The position numbers and the translations under genes are program-made. DNA of 64,000 nucleotides from Candidatus Omnitrophota bacterium. Lineage in GTDB: Bacteria > Omnitrophota > Gorgyraeia > Zapsychrales > Fredricksoniimonadaceae. Under the pieces are notes generated by a model that saw nothing but the letters and a program-made list of their open reading frames with translations, was not told where the DNA came from and ran no database searches. Positions 27,913-37,440 of this stretch are shown here, one piece after another. The stretch covers positions 3,280-67,279 of the forward strand of contig CAILQW010000005.1 in the NCBI GenBank assembly GCA_903836515.1, read 5' to 3'. How positions within the stretch are numbered: position 1 is the stretch's first letter; each line of letters begins with the position of its first letter.

Positions 27913-30900
27913 ATGAAAAGATACCATCAGGTATTTCCTGCCGCTTTTGTCCTGGTCTTTCTGGGGTGTGCGCAAGCCTGCGCCCAGGGTGCCGGGGACG
28001 CGCCGCCATCCGTATTTAAAGAGGACAAGGGCCCTGCCGATTATGTCTATGACCTCAAGCTTCTCATCAAGAAATCCAAAGATAATATCAGGGTTGTGAA
28101 CGAAAAGATCAAGGAACAGGCCGTCATCAAGCGCAACCAGCAGCGCGAAGACAAGGCCCGGGAATATTATCAGCAAGCCATGAAACTCCAGGAAGAAGGG
28201 CGCCTGGAAGAAGCCCGCCAGTTGTTTGACAAGGCCATCCGGATCACCGAACATCCCGAAATGAAATATTATATAAAGGAAAGCGCGCGCCGTTCCAAGC
28301 TTCAGGCCACCGCGCTGGAACGTGAACAGGAAGACCTTCAGCGGGAGCAGACCGGGGAACAGAAGGCCCTGTTGGAGCGTGCGGCCGGCAGTTATGATAC
28401 GGCGGTGACCCTTTACAAACAACAGAAGTTCCGTGAAGCCCGGGACGAGTTCCAGTCCGTTGAGGAAATGTACCCCGATTACAAGGCGGTTCGCAGCTAT
28501 CTCCAGGTCGTTGAACAGGATATCATCCAGTCTGAACATCTGCAGGCGAAAGAACAAAAGAAAGAGATCGAACGCCAGCAGAAAGAGATGGAGATTTCCC
28601 GCCTGCGCGAAAAGGAGTTGTGGCGCAAGGAGATTGAAAAGAAGGAGGAGGGCCGTCAGGAGGAGCTGCGCAAGCAGGCGCAGGGCATTTACGATGAGGC
28701 TCTCCGGTTGTACGGCGATCATAAATATACCGAGGCCCGCGACAAATTCCAGGAACTGGAATGGGTTGTGCCGGATTTCAAGGCCACGCGGGCGTATCTG
28801 GGCCGTGTCGAGGCCGATATCCATAATGAGAAGAAAAAGATATCGCATCAGCGCCAGGAAGAAGTCGAAAAACAACACTGGCAGGATGTTCTGGGTGAAA
28901 AGAAGACGGCCGACGACCGCCGCAAGGCCATGGAAGCCCGTGAACAGGAAAAACTTGCTGCGGTCAAGGACCAGGCCGAGTTTGTCTATCTTGCGGCCGT
29001 AGCTCTCTTTGAAAAACAGCTTTTGGCCCAGTCAAAGGAAAAATTTGACGAGGTGGAGGGCATTTATCCCAATTACAAAGTCACGCGCGATTATCTTAAG
29101 CGCATTGCGGATTTCTTTCATATCCAGGAAGAGCGCGAGACGCTCAAGCAAAAAGCGGCGGATGAACGCCATATCTGGGAGCAGGAGCTGGAGCGCCGCA
29201 AGGCGGAAAAAGAGAAATTCAAGCAGTTATCCATGGAAGCTGATGCCGCCTACAATGAAGCGGTGCGGCTTTACAAGACCGGACGGTTGATCGAAGCCAA
29301 GGAAAAATTCATCGAAGTCGATCAGCGTGTGCCAGATTACAAGTCTACGCGTGTTTACCTGAAACGGGTGGATGAGGATATTGAACTGATGGTCAAGACC
29401 CAGCGCCATCAGGAGGTTCTGGATGCCGAGCGCGAAGAAGTGGAGAAGATGCGCGCCACACGCGACAAGGCCGAGGCCGTATACAACGAAGGCATCGCGG
29501 CTTACGATGCCAAGGATTTTGTCACAGCCAGGGCCAAGTTCGAGGCCTGTGAGGACATTTTCCCGGATTTCAAGAAGACAAAATATTTCCTGGCCCGTAT
29601 CAGTGAAGATGCCCGGGCAGCGGAAGAAACCAGAACACATCAGGCTATGGAGCGTGAAGCTTCCGGGTTTTATGCCCAGGCGCTCACTTTTTATCAGGCC
29701 GGGCAGTTTGAAGAGGCCAAAAAGAAGTTCATGGCTGTTGAGGCCGTGGTTACGGATTTCAAGCAGACCAGCACGTACCTCGATCGTATCGACGATGATA
29801 TCCTGCGCAAGAAAGAGGCGGACCTGGCGCGGATGAAAGAGCAGCGCGCGCAGGGGGTCTATGACCAGGCCATGGCCCTTTATCGGGGCGGCGAACTTGC
29901 CGAGGCCAAGGAGAAATTCCTTGAGGTGGAAGTTGTTTATCCTGGCTACAAGGAAACAACGCATATCCTCGAGACAGTTGATGCCGATATCGAAAAACAG
30001 AAAAAAGAAGCCGCCCTGCGTCAGCAGACGGATGCCGCCGAGAAATTATACGTCCAGGCTGTTGAGTTGTACCGCACCGGCGATTATGCGGCGGCCAAAG
30101 AGCTTTTTATCAAGACCGAGGTCGTATTTCCCGAGTACAAGGACTGCCTGAAATATTTATCGCGCATCGATGCGGACATCGCGCGCCGCAGGAAAGAAGA
30201 GTTTGTGCGTTCTCAGGCGGCGCAGGCCGATCCGCTCTATGCCCAGGCACTTGCCTTATACAAGGAATCTGATTTCATTGAAGCCAGGAACAAGTTCATG
30301 GAACTTCAGGGGGTTATCCCCGGGTACAAGGAAACCGAGTTATATTTAAAACGCATCGAGAAGGATATCCGGGACCAGCAGGAGCGGGCGGTCGCCGCGG
30401 AAAAGGCGCGCAAGGCGGATGGGCTTTACGCGGATGCGGTAAAACTCTACACGTCCCGTCAGTTTGAACAGGCCAAAGCCAGGTTCATAGAGCTGACCAC
30501 CGTCGATCCTTCTTACCGCAATGTCCGCACGTATCTCTCCCGCATTGACAGTGATATCCGTGATGAGGCGGTGCGTCAGGCCCGCGAACATGTTGAAGAA
30601 CAGGCCGCGGCGCCTTATGCGCAGGCCGTCACGCTCTACCATGAGTCTAAGTTTGAAGAGGCCAAAATCAAATTCAGGGAAGTTTTCCTGATCGCTTCGG
30701 ATTACAAGAAGACCAAGGCGTATCTGGCCCGCCTTGACGGGGATATCCAGGCCGCCCGGCAAGCCCGTGACAAAGAGCGTTTGTCCAGGGCAGAAGCGCT
30801 TTATAAGGATGGCGCAGTTCTGATGGATGGCGGGCGCCTGATTGAAGCGTTCATGAAATTCAGCGATCTGGAACAGGTCTATCCGGATTACAAGGCAGTA

Positions 30901-33273
30901 CGTTCCAATCTTGTGAAATTGCGCCGGCTGGCTGTGGAAAAGGACATCGAACTCCCGGATGCGCCGCCTTCGGCTGCCCTTGAGGCGGAGGATTCGGCCG
31001 AGCATGCCATGGCAGACCTTTATCAGGAAGGCCTGCAGTATTATAAAGACAAGAAATACGATGAAGCCCAGGCCAAGTTTGAGGCGGTGGGGGCATCGAA
31101 GTCCGATTATCGTTCGACCAGGATTTACCTTGACCGTATCAAGGCGTTGAAGGCGGCGGTGCCGGGGGCGCCTGCTGTTGCGGCGGCGCCAGCCGCTGTT
31201 GTTCCGGCGGTAGTTTCCCATGAGCTTCCGCAGGAAAATGATAAAGCCCTGGCGGTCCTTGCCACCCGTTCCGGCAAGCTTTACCGGCAGATCAAATCCC
31301 TGTCGGAAGACAAGGAATTGTCGTCCACGGCCAGGACGTTCGCGAAAGTGGACCGGCTGATCGAAGACCTCCAGACAGAGCGCCGTCGTATCGCGGAAGA
31401 TGCTTTTCATCAAAAGAAGGCCGAAGAACAGGCGTCTGTGCGCAAGCAACGCAGGGATGAGGAGGCTTCACGGCGTGAGGCACAGAAGAAGGCCAGGATC
31501 GCGTCGGTACAAGCCGCCGCTTCAAAAATCCGCAGCACTGGGCGTAAAGCCAGCCCCGCGATCGATCTGCACGAGGAGGAACAGCGTCAGATCCGTATCA
31601 AGGCTGAAGAGATCTATCAGCAAGGCGTGAGGCTCTGGCGTGAGAAGAATTACGAGGCTTCCCGTGAGCGCTTTGAGGCACTGACAAAACTTTTACCGGA
31701 TTATAAGGATACAGGGCTGTACGTGGCCCGGATCGAACGTCTTAAGGACGATGAAGCGCTCCGTCGTGAAGAATCCGTGGACCGCGATGCCATTCAGGCG
31801 CTGGCGGCTAAAGCTACTGCCGTGAATGTGGAGGTGCTTGAGCTGTCACGCAAAAAGCAGTATGCCGCCGTTGAGACGCGTTTCAATGACCTGGAGGCGA
31901 TTTTAAAAGAGATCCAGGCGGTCAAGACGCGCATCGAGACCCGCCGGCAGCGCTATGAATCGCCATGGGACAAGAAGCCCGCCGCGCATCAGGCCGGACC
32001 TGCCGGGGCTGTTTTCAATGAGGCCGAGCAGGCTTACGCGGTCCAGGATTATGCGCATGCGCGTGAAAAATTTGTTGAGGCCGTTCAGATCGATCCTTCC
32101 TGCAAGAAGGCCGCCGCGGCCTACATTGCCAGGATTGACCGTATTCTTGCCCGGCGCGATTTCGAGTCGCGCGAGGCCCAGAAGAAGATCGAGGACAGGG
32201 TGGTGGCACTGCAGGGTGGGGCCCAGACCAAAAATGAGATTGTCATCAAGCGTGCCGTCAAGGTATCCAACGAAGGCAAGAGCCTTTACAGGATCGGGCG
32301 TTACCGGGAGGCCCGTATCAAGTTTGAGGAATTGGCCGATATCGGATCTCCTGCCGAAAAACGTACGGCCCAGCGGTATCTGGAACTTATCATGGCCGCT
32401 CTTGACAAAGAAAAACACATGAGTGAGGCACAGCGCCGTAGCGCGCAGGAGCGTTCTTTCGAGCAACAACACCTGAAGGCTCAGGCCGGGCTGGAACAGG
32501 ACAAGCGCAGCCAGGCGCGTGAGCTGGACAAGACCAAGGCGATTACGGCCGACCAGCGGCTGCTGGATATCCGCCGTGAACAGGGCTTAAAGGCGATCGA
32601 GGACCAGAACGCGCTGCAGCGCGGCAGTGCGGGCAGACGCTCTATAGCAGATGAAAAGAAAAAGATCGCGCTGGAGAAGGCTGTCGCCCAGAAAAAGGCG
32701 CGGGATGAATCCAGTGCGTTGACCCGCAAGCTGGAGGAGGCGCGCGCGAGGGACCGCAAAGATCGCGAAGAGCAGGATATGCTCAGGCGCAACAGGGCCG
32801 CGGTGCAGTCGATCCTCAAGGGATCGGAATTGGCGGATGCGCGTGGTGTTGTCATGACCCCGGCGCCTGCCGCGGTGGAGTTGCCGTCGGCCGGGATCCC
32901 GCCTGAAGATCCTTCGACGCTCCTGCTCAAGCAGACAGCGGCCCGGGAAAAGCGCCGCCTGGAAGAACAGCGTACCGCTATCCGGAAGGAATTTGAAGAA
33001 GGGGTCGAGCGTTTTTATAATGAGGCGGTTGATCTTTATAAGAAGAAAAATTATGAAGAAGCGCTGGAGGGGTTCGCGCAGGTCGACGGGCTGATCAAGG
33101 GCTATAAAAAGACGGACCAGTATCTGGAAGACTCCAGGCGCGCCTTGGGCCGGGGAAGGCCCGTGCAAGTGCCGCAACGACCCCTACTGCCTGCCGGCCA
33201 GGACCGGATGCGGTCTGTTACGTCTACGCTGGACGCGTTCGATCAGCGCACATCCCCGATCGCGGTGCACTGA
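27913..33273 (+). CDS. Large repetitive lipoprotein (1786 aa) of about 16-20 charged helical repeats
   Basis: Signal plus lipobox (VLVFLGCAQA). Repeat unit YxxAxxLYxxxxFxEAxxKFxEVExxxPDYKxTxxYLxRIxxDI recurs with 190-300-nt spacing, separated by E/K/R/Q-rich spacers. Long antisense ORFs here are shadows. Confidence 0.8.
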   Translation: MKRYHQVFPAAFVLVFLGCAQACAQGAGDAPPSVFKEDKGPADYVYDLKLLIKKSKDNIRVVNEKIKEQAVIKRNQQREDKAREYYQQAMKLQEEGRLEEARQLFDKAIRITEHPEMKYYIKESARRSKLQATALEREQEDLQREQTGEQKALLERAAGSYDTAVTLYKQQKFREARDEFQSVEEMYPDYKAVRSYLQVVEQDIIQSEHLQAKEQKKEIERQQKEMEISRLREKELWRKEIEKKEEGRQEELRKQAQGIYDEALRLYGDHKYTEARDKFQELEWVVPDFKATRAYLGRVEADIHNEKKKISHQRQEEVEKQHWQDVLGEKKTADDRRKAMEAREQEKLAAVKDQAEFVYLAAVALFEKQLLAQSKEKFDEVEGIYPNYKVTRDYLKRIADFFHIQEERETLKQKAADERHIWEQELERRKAEKEKFKQLSMEADAAYNEAVRLYKTGRLIEAKEKFIEVDQRVPDYKSTRVYLKRVDEDIELMVKTQRHQEVLDAEREEVEKMRATRDKAEAVYNEGIAAYDAKDFVTARAKFEACEDIFPDFKKTKYFLARISEDARAAEETRTHQAMEREASGFYAQALTFYQAGQFEEAKKKFMAVEAVVTDFKQTSTYLDRIDDDILRKKEADLARMKEQRAQGVYDQAMALYRGGELAEAKEKFLEVEVVYPGYKETTHILETVDADIEKQKKEAALRQQTDAAEKLYVQAVELYRTGDYAAAKELFIKTEVVFPEYKDCLKYLSRIDADIARRRKEEFVRSQAAQADPLYAQALALYKESDFIEARNKFMELQGVIPGYKETELYLKRIEKDIRDQQERAVAAEKARKADGLYADAVKLYTSRQFEQAKARFIELTTVDPSYRNVRTYLSRIDSDIRDEAVRQAREHVEEQAAAPYAQAVTLYHESKFEEAKIKFREVFLIASDYKKTKAYLARLDGDIQAARQARDKERLSRAEALYKDGAVLMDGGRLIEAFMKFSDLEQVYPDYKAVRSNLVKLRRLAVEKDIELPDAPPSAALEAEDSAEHAMADLYQEGLQYYKDKKYDEAQAKFEAVGASKSDYRSTRIYLDRIKALKAAVPGAPAVAAAPAAVVPAVVSHELPQENDKALAVLATRSGKLYRQIKSLSEDKELSSTARTFAKVDRLIEDLQTERRRIAEDAFHQKKAEEQASVRKQRRDEEASRREAQKKARIASVQAAASKIRSTGRKASPAIDLHEEEQRQIRIKAEEIYQQGVRLWREKNYEASRERFEALTKLLPDYKDTGLYVARIERLKDDEALRREESVDRDAIQALAAKATAVNVEVLELSRKKQYAAVETRFNDLEAILKEIQAVKTRIETRRQRYESPWDKKPAAHQAGPAGAVFNEAEQAYAVQDYAHAREKFVEAVQIDPSCKKAAAAYIARIDRILARRDFESREAQKKIEDRVVALQGGAQTKNEIVIKRAVKVSNEGKSLYRIGRYREARIKFEELADIGSPAEKRTAQRYLELIMAALDKEKHMSEAQRRSAQERSFEQQHLKAQAGLEQDKRSQARELDKTKAITADQRLLDIRREQGLKAIEDQNALQRGSAGRRSIADEKKKIALEKAVAQKKARDESSALTRKLEEARARDRKDREEQDMLRRNRAAVQSILKGSELADARGVVMTPAPAAVELPSAGIPPEDPSTLLLKQTAAREKRRLEEQRTAIRKEFEEGVERFYNEAVDLYKKKNYEEALEGFAQVDGLIKGYKKTDQYLEDSRRALGRGRPVQVPQRPLLPAGQDRMRSVTSTLDAFDQRTSPIAVH
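28370..33150 (+). repeat. Tandem degenerate repeats (period about 190-300 nt) encoding the PDYK-x-T-x-x-YL-x-RI module
   Basis: PDYK/PDFK/PNYK/PGYK...YL..RI(D/E)xDI hits at about 28480, 28775, 29075, 29335, 29570, 29760, 29945, 30135, 30320, 30510, 30700, 30890, 31100, 31700, 32100 and 33110. Confidence 0.6.
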
Positions 33274-33351
33274 AGGATATATTGAATTGTTGTCTTGAAG
33301 TCGATGGCGGCAAGATTTAACCCGCATTTTTCAATAGAAAGAGGCTGGAAG

Positions 33352-35112
33352 ATGAAGTTTTTTAAAATAGTGTTCTTTGGTGTTGTGGCCCTGGTGGTTC
33401 TTTTGATCGCCGGTCTTTATATTTTCTTTAAGACCTTTGATCTTAACCAGCATGTGCCCCAGATCACCCGCCAGATTTCCCTGACCCTTGGCCGTGATTT
33501 CAAGGTCGGGGGCGCGCAGATGGGTTTTTCTTTCGTGCATGGTATCGGGCTTCAGATCAGGGGTATTACGCTGGCCGATGACACCAGGTTCTCGGACAAG
33601 CCTTTTTTGACACTTGACCATATTGAGGTCGGGTTGAATGTCAACGCTTTCCTGTTCGAGCGCAGGATCCAGGTGACCGATGTGGTTATGGTTGCGCCCA
33701 GGATTGTGATCATCCGTTCAAGCAGCGGGACGATCAATGCCGCAGGGATCGGGGCTCAACCGTCGCCTGCCGCGACAGTACAGGCTTCTTCATCCGCCGG
33801 AGAGAAGGCGCTTCCCGCCGCCCTGCTTTCCCTTTTGGTCAAGGATGTGAAGATCACGGATGCGGATATTACTTACATTGACAGGATGATGTCTCCGGAG
33901 CTGGTGTTGTGGGTGAGTCATATCGATGCCCAGCTCAAGGATCTTTCTTTCGTGCGGCCTTTTCATGTGACGCTCAAGGCCGCCGTTTTCGCTGTTGAAC
34001 AAAATATGACGGTTGATGCGGACCTGGCGTTGGACATGGCCCAGCAAGCCGTACGGCTGACGGGGCTGAAGGTGGCGGCAGACCTGGCAAAGATCGATCT
34101 CGCGCTCCTTAAACAGGATGTGCCCATGATCGGCCCTGCGGGGTTGAAAAAACTTGATGGGACCGTTACTTTTTCCGTGGCCGATGCGCTGGCCGGGGCC
34201 GCGGGGCTTACGGCCCTTAAAGCCCGGATTCTTCTTGAGAAAGGGGAGGTCCTTACCACCCTTCTGGGAGTGCCCGCAGGGAATATCATGCTCAAGGCGG
34301 ATATGGATGAAAAGAAGATCGATGTTGGGAGTCTTGAATGTACTATCGCGGGCGGCACGCTGAAGGGGACAGCTTCGATCGCAGGTTATCTGACCGAGCC
34401 CTCGATCTCAACGGTTTTCAAGCTCGACACGGTGGATGTGAAGAAGCTCCTGGGGGGCTACAAGCTGCCTGTGAAAATAAGCGGGAATCTTTCGGCGTCC
34501 GGGAGCGCAACGTTTCAGGGCAAAACGCCGGAAAGTATCCTGGCTTCCCTGAAGGGGGATGCCCAGGGAGAACTCAAGAACGGCCAGCTTGACAATGTGA
34601 ATCTTTTGGCCCTGGGGCTGGAAAAAATCCCCATGCTTCCCGGTCTTCTGGATAGTATCCTGCCGGGGCTTTCCGCAGACACCCAGCAGGATGTGCGCCA
34701 GGGGATAACGCGTTTTGATACCTGTCGTGCGCAGGCAACAATGGCCGCCGGGGTGATCCAGGTTGCCGCCGCCGATATTGCGACCCGGGATCTGACCGTT
34801 CACGGGCAGGGCACAGTCAACATGTCCGGGCCCCTGGATTTCAAGGGGGAGATTCGTATGGCGAAGGCGGTGTCGGATGTGTTGGTGGCCAAGGCAGGGG
34901 ATCTGTCTGCCTTGCGGGATGAGCAGTCCCGGATCTATATGCCCCTGAGCATAAGCGGAACTTTGCTGAAGCCGCGGTTTATCCCGGATGTGGACTATTT
35001 GACAAGGAAGATAATCGCAAGCCAGGGGAGTGAACAGCTTAAGCAGGTCCTGGGGACTCCGGAAGCTTCACAGGCCGTTAACGCTGTCCTGGATCTTTTC
35101 AAGAAGAAGTAA
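33352..35112 (+). CDS. AsmA-family outer-membrane assembly protein
   Basis: Start at MKFFKIVFFGVVALVVLLIAGLYIFF (N-terminal TM anchor), followed by long beta-rich sequence with AsmA/DUF748-like features (GxxTxxG repeats, C-terminal GGTLKG...). Confidence 0.7.
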   Translation: MKFFKIVFFGVVALVVLLIAGLYIFFKTFDLNQHVPQITRQISLTLGRDFKVGGAQMGFSFVHGIGLQIRGITLADDTRFSDKPFLTLDHIEVGLNVNAFLFERRIQVTDVVMVAPRIVIIRSSSGTINAAGIGAQPSPAATVQASSSAGEKALPAALLSLLVKDVKITDADITYIDRMMSPELVLWVSHIDAQLKDLSFVRPFHVTLKAAVFAVEQNMTVDADLALDMAQQAVRLTGLKVAADLAKIDLALLKQDVPMIGPAGLKKLDGTVTFSVADALAGAAGLTALKARILLEKGEVLTTLLGVPAGNIMLKADMDEKKIDVGSLECTIAGGTLKGTASIAGYLTEPSISTVFKLDTVDVKKLLGGYKLPVKISGNLSASGSATFQGKTPESILASLKGDAQGELKNGQLDNVNLLALGLEKIPMLPGLLDSILPGLSADTQQDVRQGITRFDTCRAQATMAAGVIQVAAADIATRDLTVHGQGTVNMSGPLDFKGEIRMAKAVSDVLVAKAGDLSALRDEQSRIYMPLSISGTLLKPRFIPDVDYLTRKIIASQGSEQLKQVLGTPEASQAVNAVLDLFKKK

Positions 35113-35200
35113 TCTTTTTGCCCGCCGGAGAGGGCGCAGATTTTTCGGGAATAGGGCATCGGCCGCATTCTGGATGAATTTCGCTTGTGTTTGCCCGACG

Positions 35201-35228
35201 GCAAAGGTATACTATAAAAAATTTAGAA
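35201..35228 (+). promoter_or_regulatory. Candidate sigma70-like promoter: TTGCCC, 16-nt spacer, TATAAA
   Basis: ttgccc (35201-35206), 16-nt spacer, tataaa (35223-35228), about 45 nt upstream of the ATG at 35271. Confidence 0.3.
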
Positions 35229-35270
35229 ATCGTGGCAGGGTATCTGAATCAGGAAGGGACAGGCGGGGTT

Positions 35271-35984
35271 ATGGCAGATTCCAAAAAGAACAACAAAATC
35301 CGAATCATACTTTTGATCCTCATGGGGGGGTTGACGCTCTATACCCTTGTGATCTGGTTTTTCAATTATCGTACGCTGCAGCAGACCGTGACCACCATCG
35401 AGACGACGGCACAGGAACAGTCCGTTAATTTCCGTTATTATGTTCAGGAATACCGTTCCGCCAAGACAGCGCTGGATACGGCCAACCAGAAGGTCGCGGA
35501 ATTGACGGCGGAACTGGCAGCGGCCAATGCGGAATTGGCGTCCACACGGACTGAATTGTCTTCGCTCCAGGGGATGAATGATGATCTTAAGGGGACGATC
35601 CTGTCTCTGGAACATTACAAGGTGAAGGCGCATGCCAAGGGCGAGGCGCTGGAGTCGATGATCAATGCCTTCAGGAAGAAGAACAAACAGCTCGACGCAG
35701 ATCTCCAGGTTGTCCGCAGGGAGCTGGCCGTATTCCAGCCGGATATCTCGGATGTTACCGAAGGCAAATCCAAGATCCTTCTTTTCAGGAATCACATTAG
35801 GCTTGTGAAAAAGAACATGCATGTTCTCAAGGAGCAGGCATTATCCATGAAGATCGCGGCACAGCAACAGCATGACCGGCTTGAAATGCTTTACGGCAAC
35901 AATGGATATATGGTCAAGGATGGCCAGGATCAATCCATCAAACGCCAGGGGGCGAAGGTGGATATCAAAGTCGAATTCAAATGA
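35271..35984 (+). CDS. Membrane-anchored coiled-coil hypothetical protein
   Basis: MADSKKNNK followed by a TM helix (IRIILLILMGGLTLYTLVIWFF), then heptad-like coiled-coil sequence (AELTAELAAANAELASTRTELSSLQ). No homology recognised. Confidence 0.55.
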   Translation: MADSKKNNKIRIILLILMGGLTLYTLVIWFFNYRTLQQTVTTIETTAQEQSVNFRYYVQEYRSAKTALDTANQKVAELTAELAAANAELASTRTELSSLQGMNDDLKGTILSLEHYKVKAHAKGEALESMINAFRKKNKQLDADLQVVRRELAVFQPDISDVTEGKSKILLFRNHIRLVKKNMHVLKEQALSMKIAAQQQHDRLEMLYGNNGYMVKDGQDQSIKRQGAKVDIKVEFK

Positions 35985-36045
35985 TACGTGCCGCATGGCG
36001 CGGAAAAACCGAAGCCGGCGAAAGCCTGCTTCGGTTTTAGTCTTT

Positions 36046-36711
36046 ATGGATTTTCAGGTAACCCGCTCCTTTCGGCGTAAAACACTCCAGGTCCGTGTGG
36101 GGGTCCGGGGTGTGGACGTCAGCGCCCCTGTATGGGTATCGGATAGCGAGATCGGGGAATTCCTTCTTAAGCAGAAAGAGTGGATTGACCGTGCGCTCCA
36201 AGAGGCCGGGCTGCGTCAGAGCCGGGACGGTGTTTTTGTATCGGGCGGGACGTTGTACGTGATGGGCGAGGCGTATCAGCTTGAGTGTCTTGCTGCGGAC
36301 ACGGGCCTGCCGTGCCTGGAGGAGTTTGCCGGAGGCTGGAGGGTCAAGGCGGATACGGCACTCCGGCGGCGTTTGATCGTGAAGTGGTACCATCTAAAGG
36401 CATCCAGGATGTTCCCGCAGATCGTGGATGACTGGGCGGCGCGGATGGGCCTCGTGTGCCCCCGGGTTATTGTCAAGGATCAGCAAAGGCTTTGGGGGAG
36501 CTACAGCGCGCGGACCCAAAGTGTTCAGCTGAACTGGCGGCTCTTGGCGTTTCCTCCTGTGATCATGGATTATATTGTGGTGCATGAATTGTCCCATGCC
36601 CGGCACCTTAATCATTCCCGGGCGTTTTGGGCCGAGGTGTCCCGGTTCTGCCCCGAATGGCATGCGCGCCGGCGCTGGTTGAGGACTGACGCGCCAAGAT
36701 ATTTATTTTGA
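36046..36711 (+). CDS. DUF45/YgjP-family metal-dependent hydrolase (WLM-like zinc peptidase fold)
   Basis: Conserved N-terminal VTRSFRRKTLQVRV...SDSEIGEFLLKQKEWI and the zinc motif VVHELSHARHLNHSRAFWAEV. The start is uncertain: ATG at 35995 or 36046. The ORF-track start at 35872 overlaps the previous gene. Confidence 0.7.
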   Translation: MDFQVTRSFRRKTLQVRVGVRGVDVSAPVWVSDSEIGEFLLKQKEWIDRALQEAGLRQSRDGVFVSGGTLYVMGEAYQLECLAADTGLPCLEEFAGGWRVKADTALRRRLIVKWYHLKASRMFPQIVDDWAARMGLVCPRVIVKDQQRLWGSYSARTQSVQLNWRLLAFPPVIMDYIVVHELSHARHLNHSRAFWAEVSRFCPEWHARRRWLRTDAPRYLF

Positions 36712-36736
36712 TATCCATGGGAAGAAGCTGGTTGCC

Positions 36737-36961
36737 ATGATCCTCAAGGTTAAGGTTATTCCAGGTGCCCGCAAGAACGTTTTTCATGAGGAGCCGCAAG
36801 GGGTCAAAGTGCATCTGACCGCACCTCCTGTCGATGGTAAAGCCAATGAGGCGCTGGTCGCTTTTTTAGCAGAACATTACAGCGTGCGTCCTTCCCGTAT
36901 AGAGATAATAAAGGGATTGAAATCACGCCATAAAGTCATTAATATAAAAGACTCAATTTGA
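36737..36961 (+). CDS. DUF167 (YggU) family protein
   Basis: 74 aa. ILKVKVIPGARKNVF...VKVHLTAPPVDGKANEALVAFLAEHYSV...IEIIKGLKSRHKVINI matches the YggU fold family. Confidence 0.75.
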   Translation: MILKVKVIPGARKNVFHEEPQGVKVHLTAPPVDGKANEALVAFLAEHYSVRPSRIEIIKGLKSRHKVINIKDSI

Positions 36962-36978
36962 CACAGAGGGAGAATTGT

Positions 36979-37431
36979 ATGCCGCTCGAAGAACGCATCA
37001 ACAAGGAATATATCCAGGCCATGAAGGACAAGGCGGCCGATAGGTCGGCCGCCATCAATTACCTGCGGGCTATGATCAAGCAGGTCAAGGTGGACAAGCG
37101 CCTGGAAACGGTCAGTGACGACGATGTAATCGCAGTCATCAAGAAACAGATCAAACAGCGCCAGGATTCCATCGAGCAGTTTGAAAAAGGCGGCCGTCCT
37201 GAACTTGCGGCCAAGGAAAAGGCCGAGATGGATATCATGAGGGCCTATCTGCCCGAGGAAATGCCGGCGGAAGCGATCAGGGCTGTTGTTGATGCGGTGG
37301 TCCGTGAGACCGGCGCCTCATCCATGAAAGACATGGGCGGGGTCATGAAGGCGGTGCGTGAAAAAGTCGGTGGATCGGCGGACGGCAGGCTTGTCAGTGA
37401 ACTGGTCAAGGAAAAACTGGCATCCCTGTAG
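36979..37431 (+). CDS. GatB/YqeY domain protein
   Basis: GAGGGA RBS then ATG at 36979. MPLEERINKEYIQAMKDKAADRSAAINYLRAMIKQVKVDKR...EKAEMDIMRAYLP is typical of the YqeY family. Confidence 0.8.
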   Translation: MPLEERINKEYIQAMKDKAADRSAAINYLRAMIKQVKVDKRLETVSDDDVIAVIKKQIKQRQDSIEQFEKGGRPELAAKEKAEMDIMRAYLPEEMPAEAIRAVVDAVVRETGASSMKDMGGVMKAVREKVGGSADGRLVSELVKEKLASL

Positions 37432-37440
37432 GGCGTCGTT

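Noticed and set aside
27652-31449. Several minus-strand ORFs of 245-408 aa inside the 1786-aa repeat lipoprotein gene
   Set aside because: Antisense shadows of a purine-rich (GAR/AAR codon) coding strand. The + ORF has a signal peptide/lipobox and periodic repeat structure.
35113-35160. Possible terminator hairpin after the AsmA gene (cgcc ggagag ggcg followed by cagattttt)
   Set aside because: Only a 4-bp stem; too weak to call.
35872-36045. 5' extension of the DUF45 hydrolase ORF overlapping the preceding coiled-coil gene by about 110 nt
   Set aside because: DUF45 family N-termini begin near the RRKTL motif. The extension is Arg/Ser-rich with no conservation, and an internal ATG (36046 or 35995) is more plausible.
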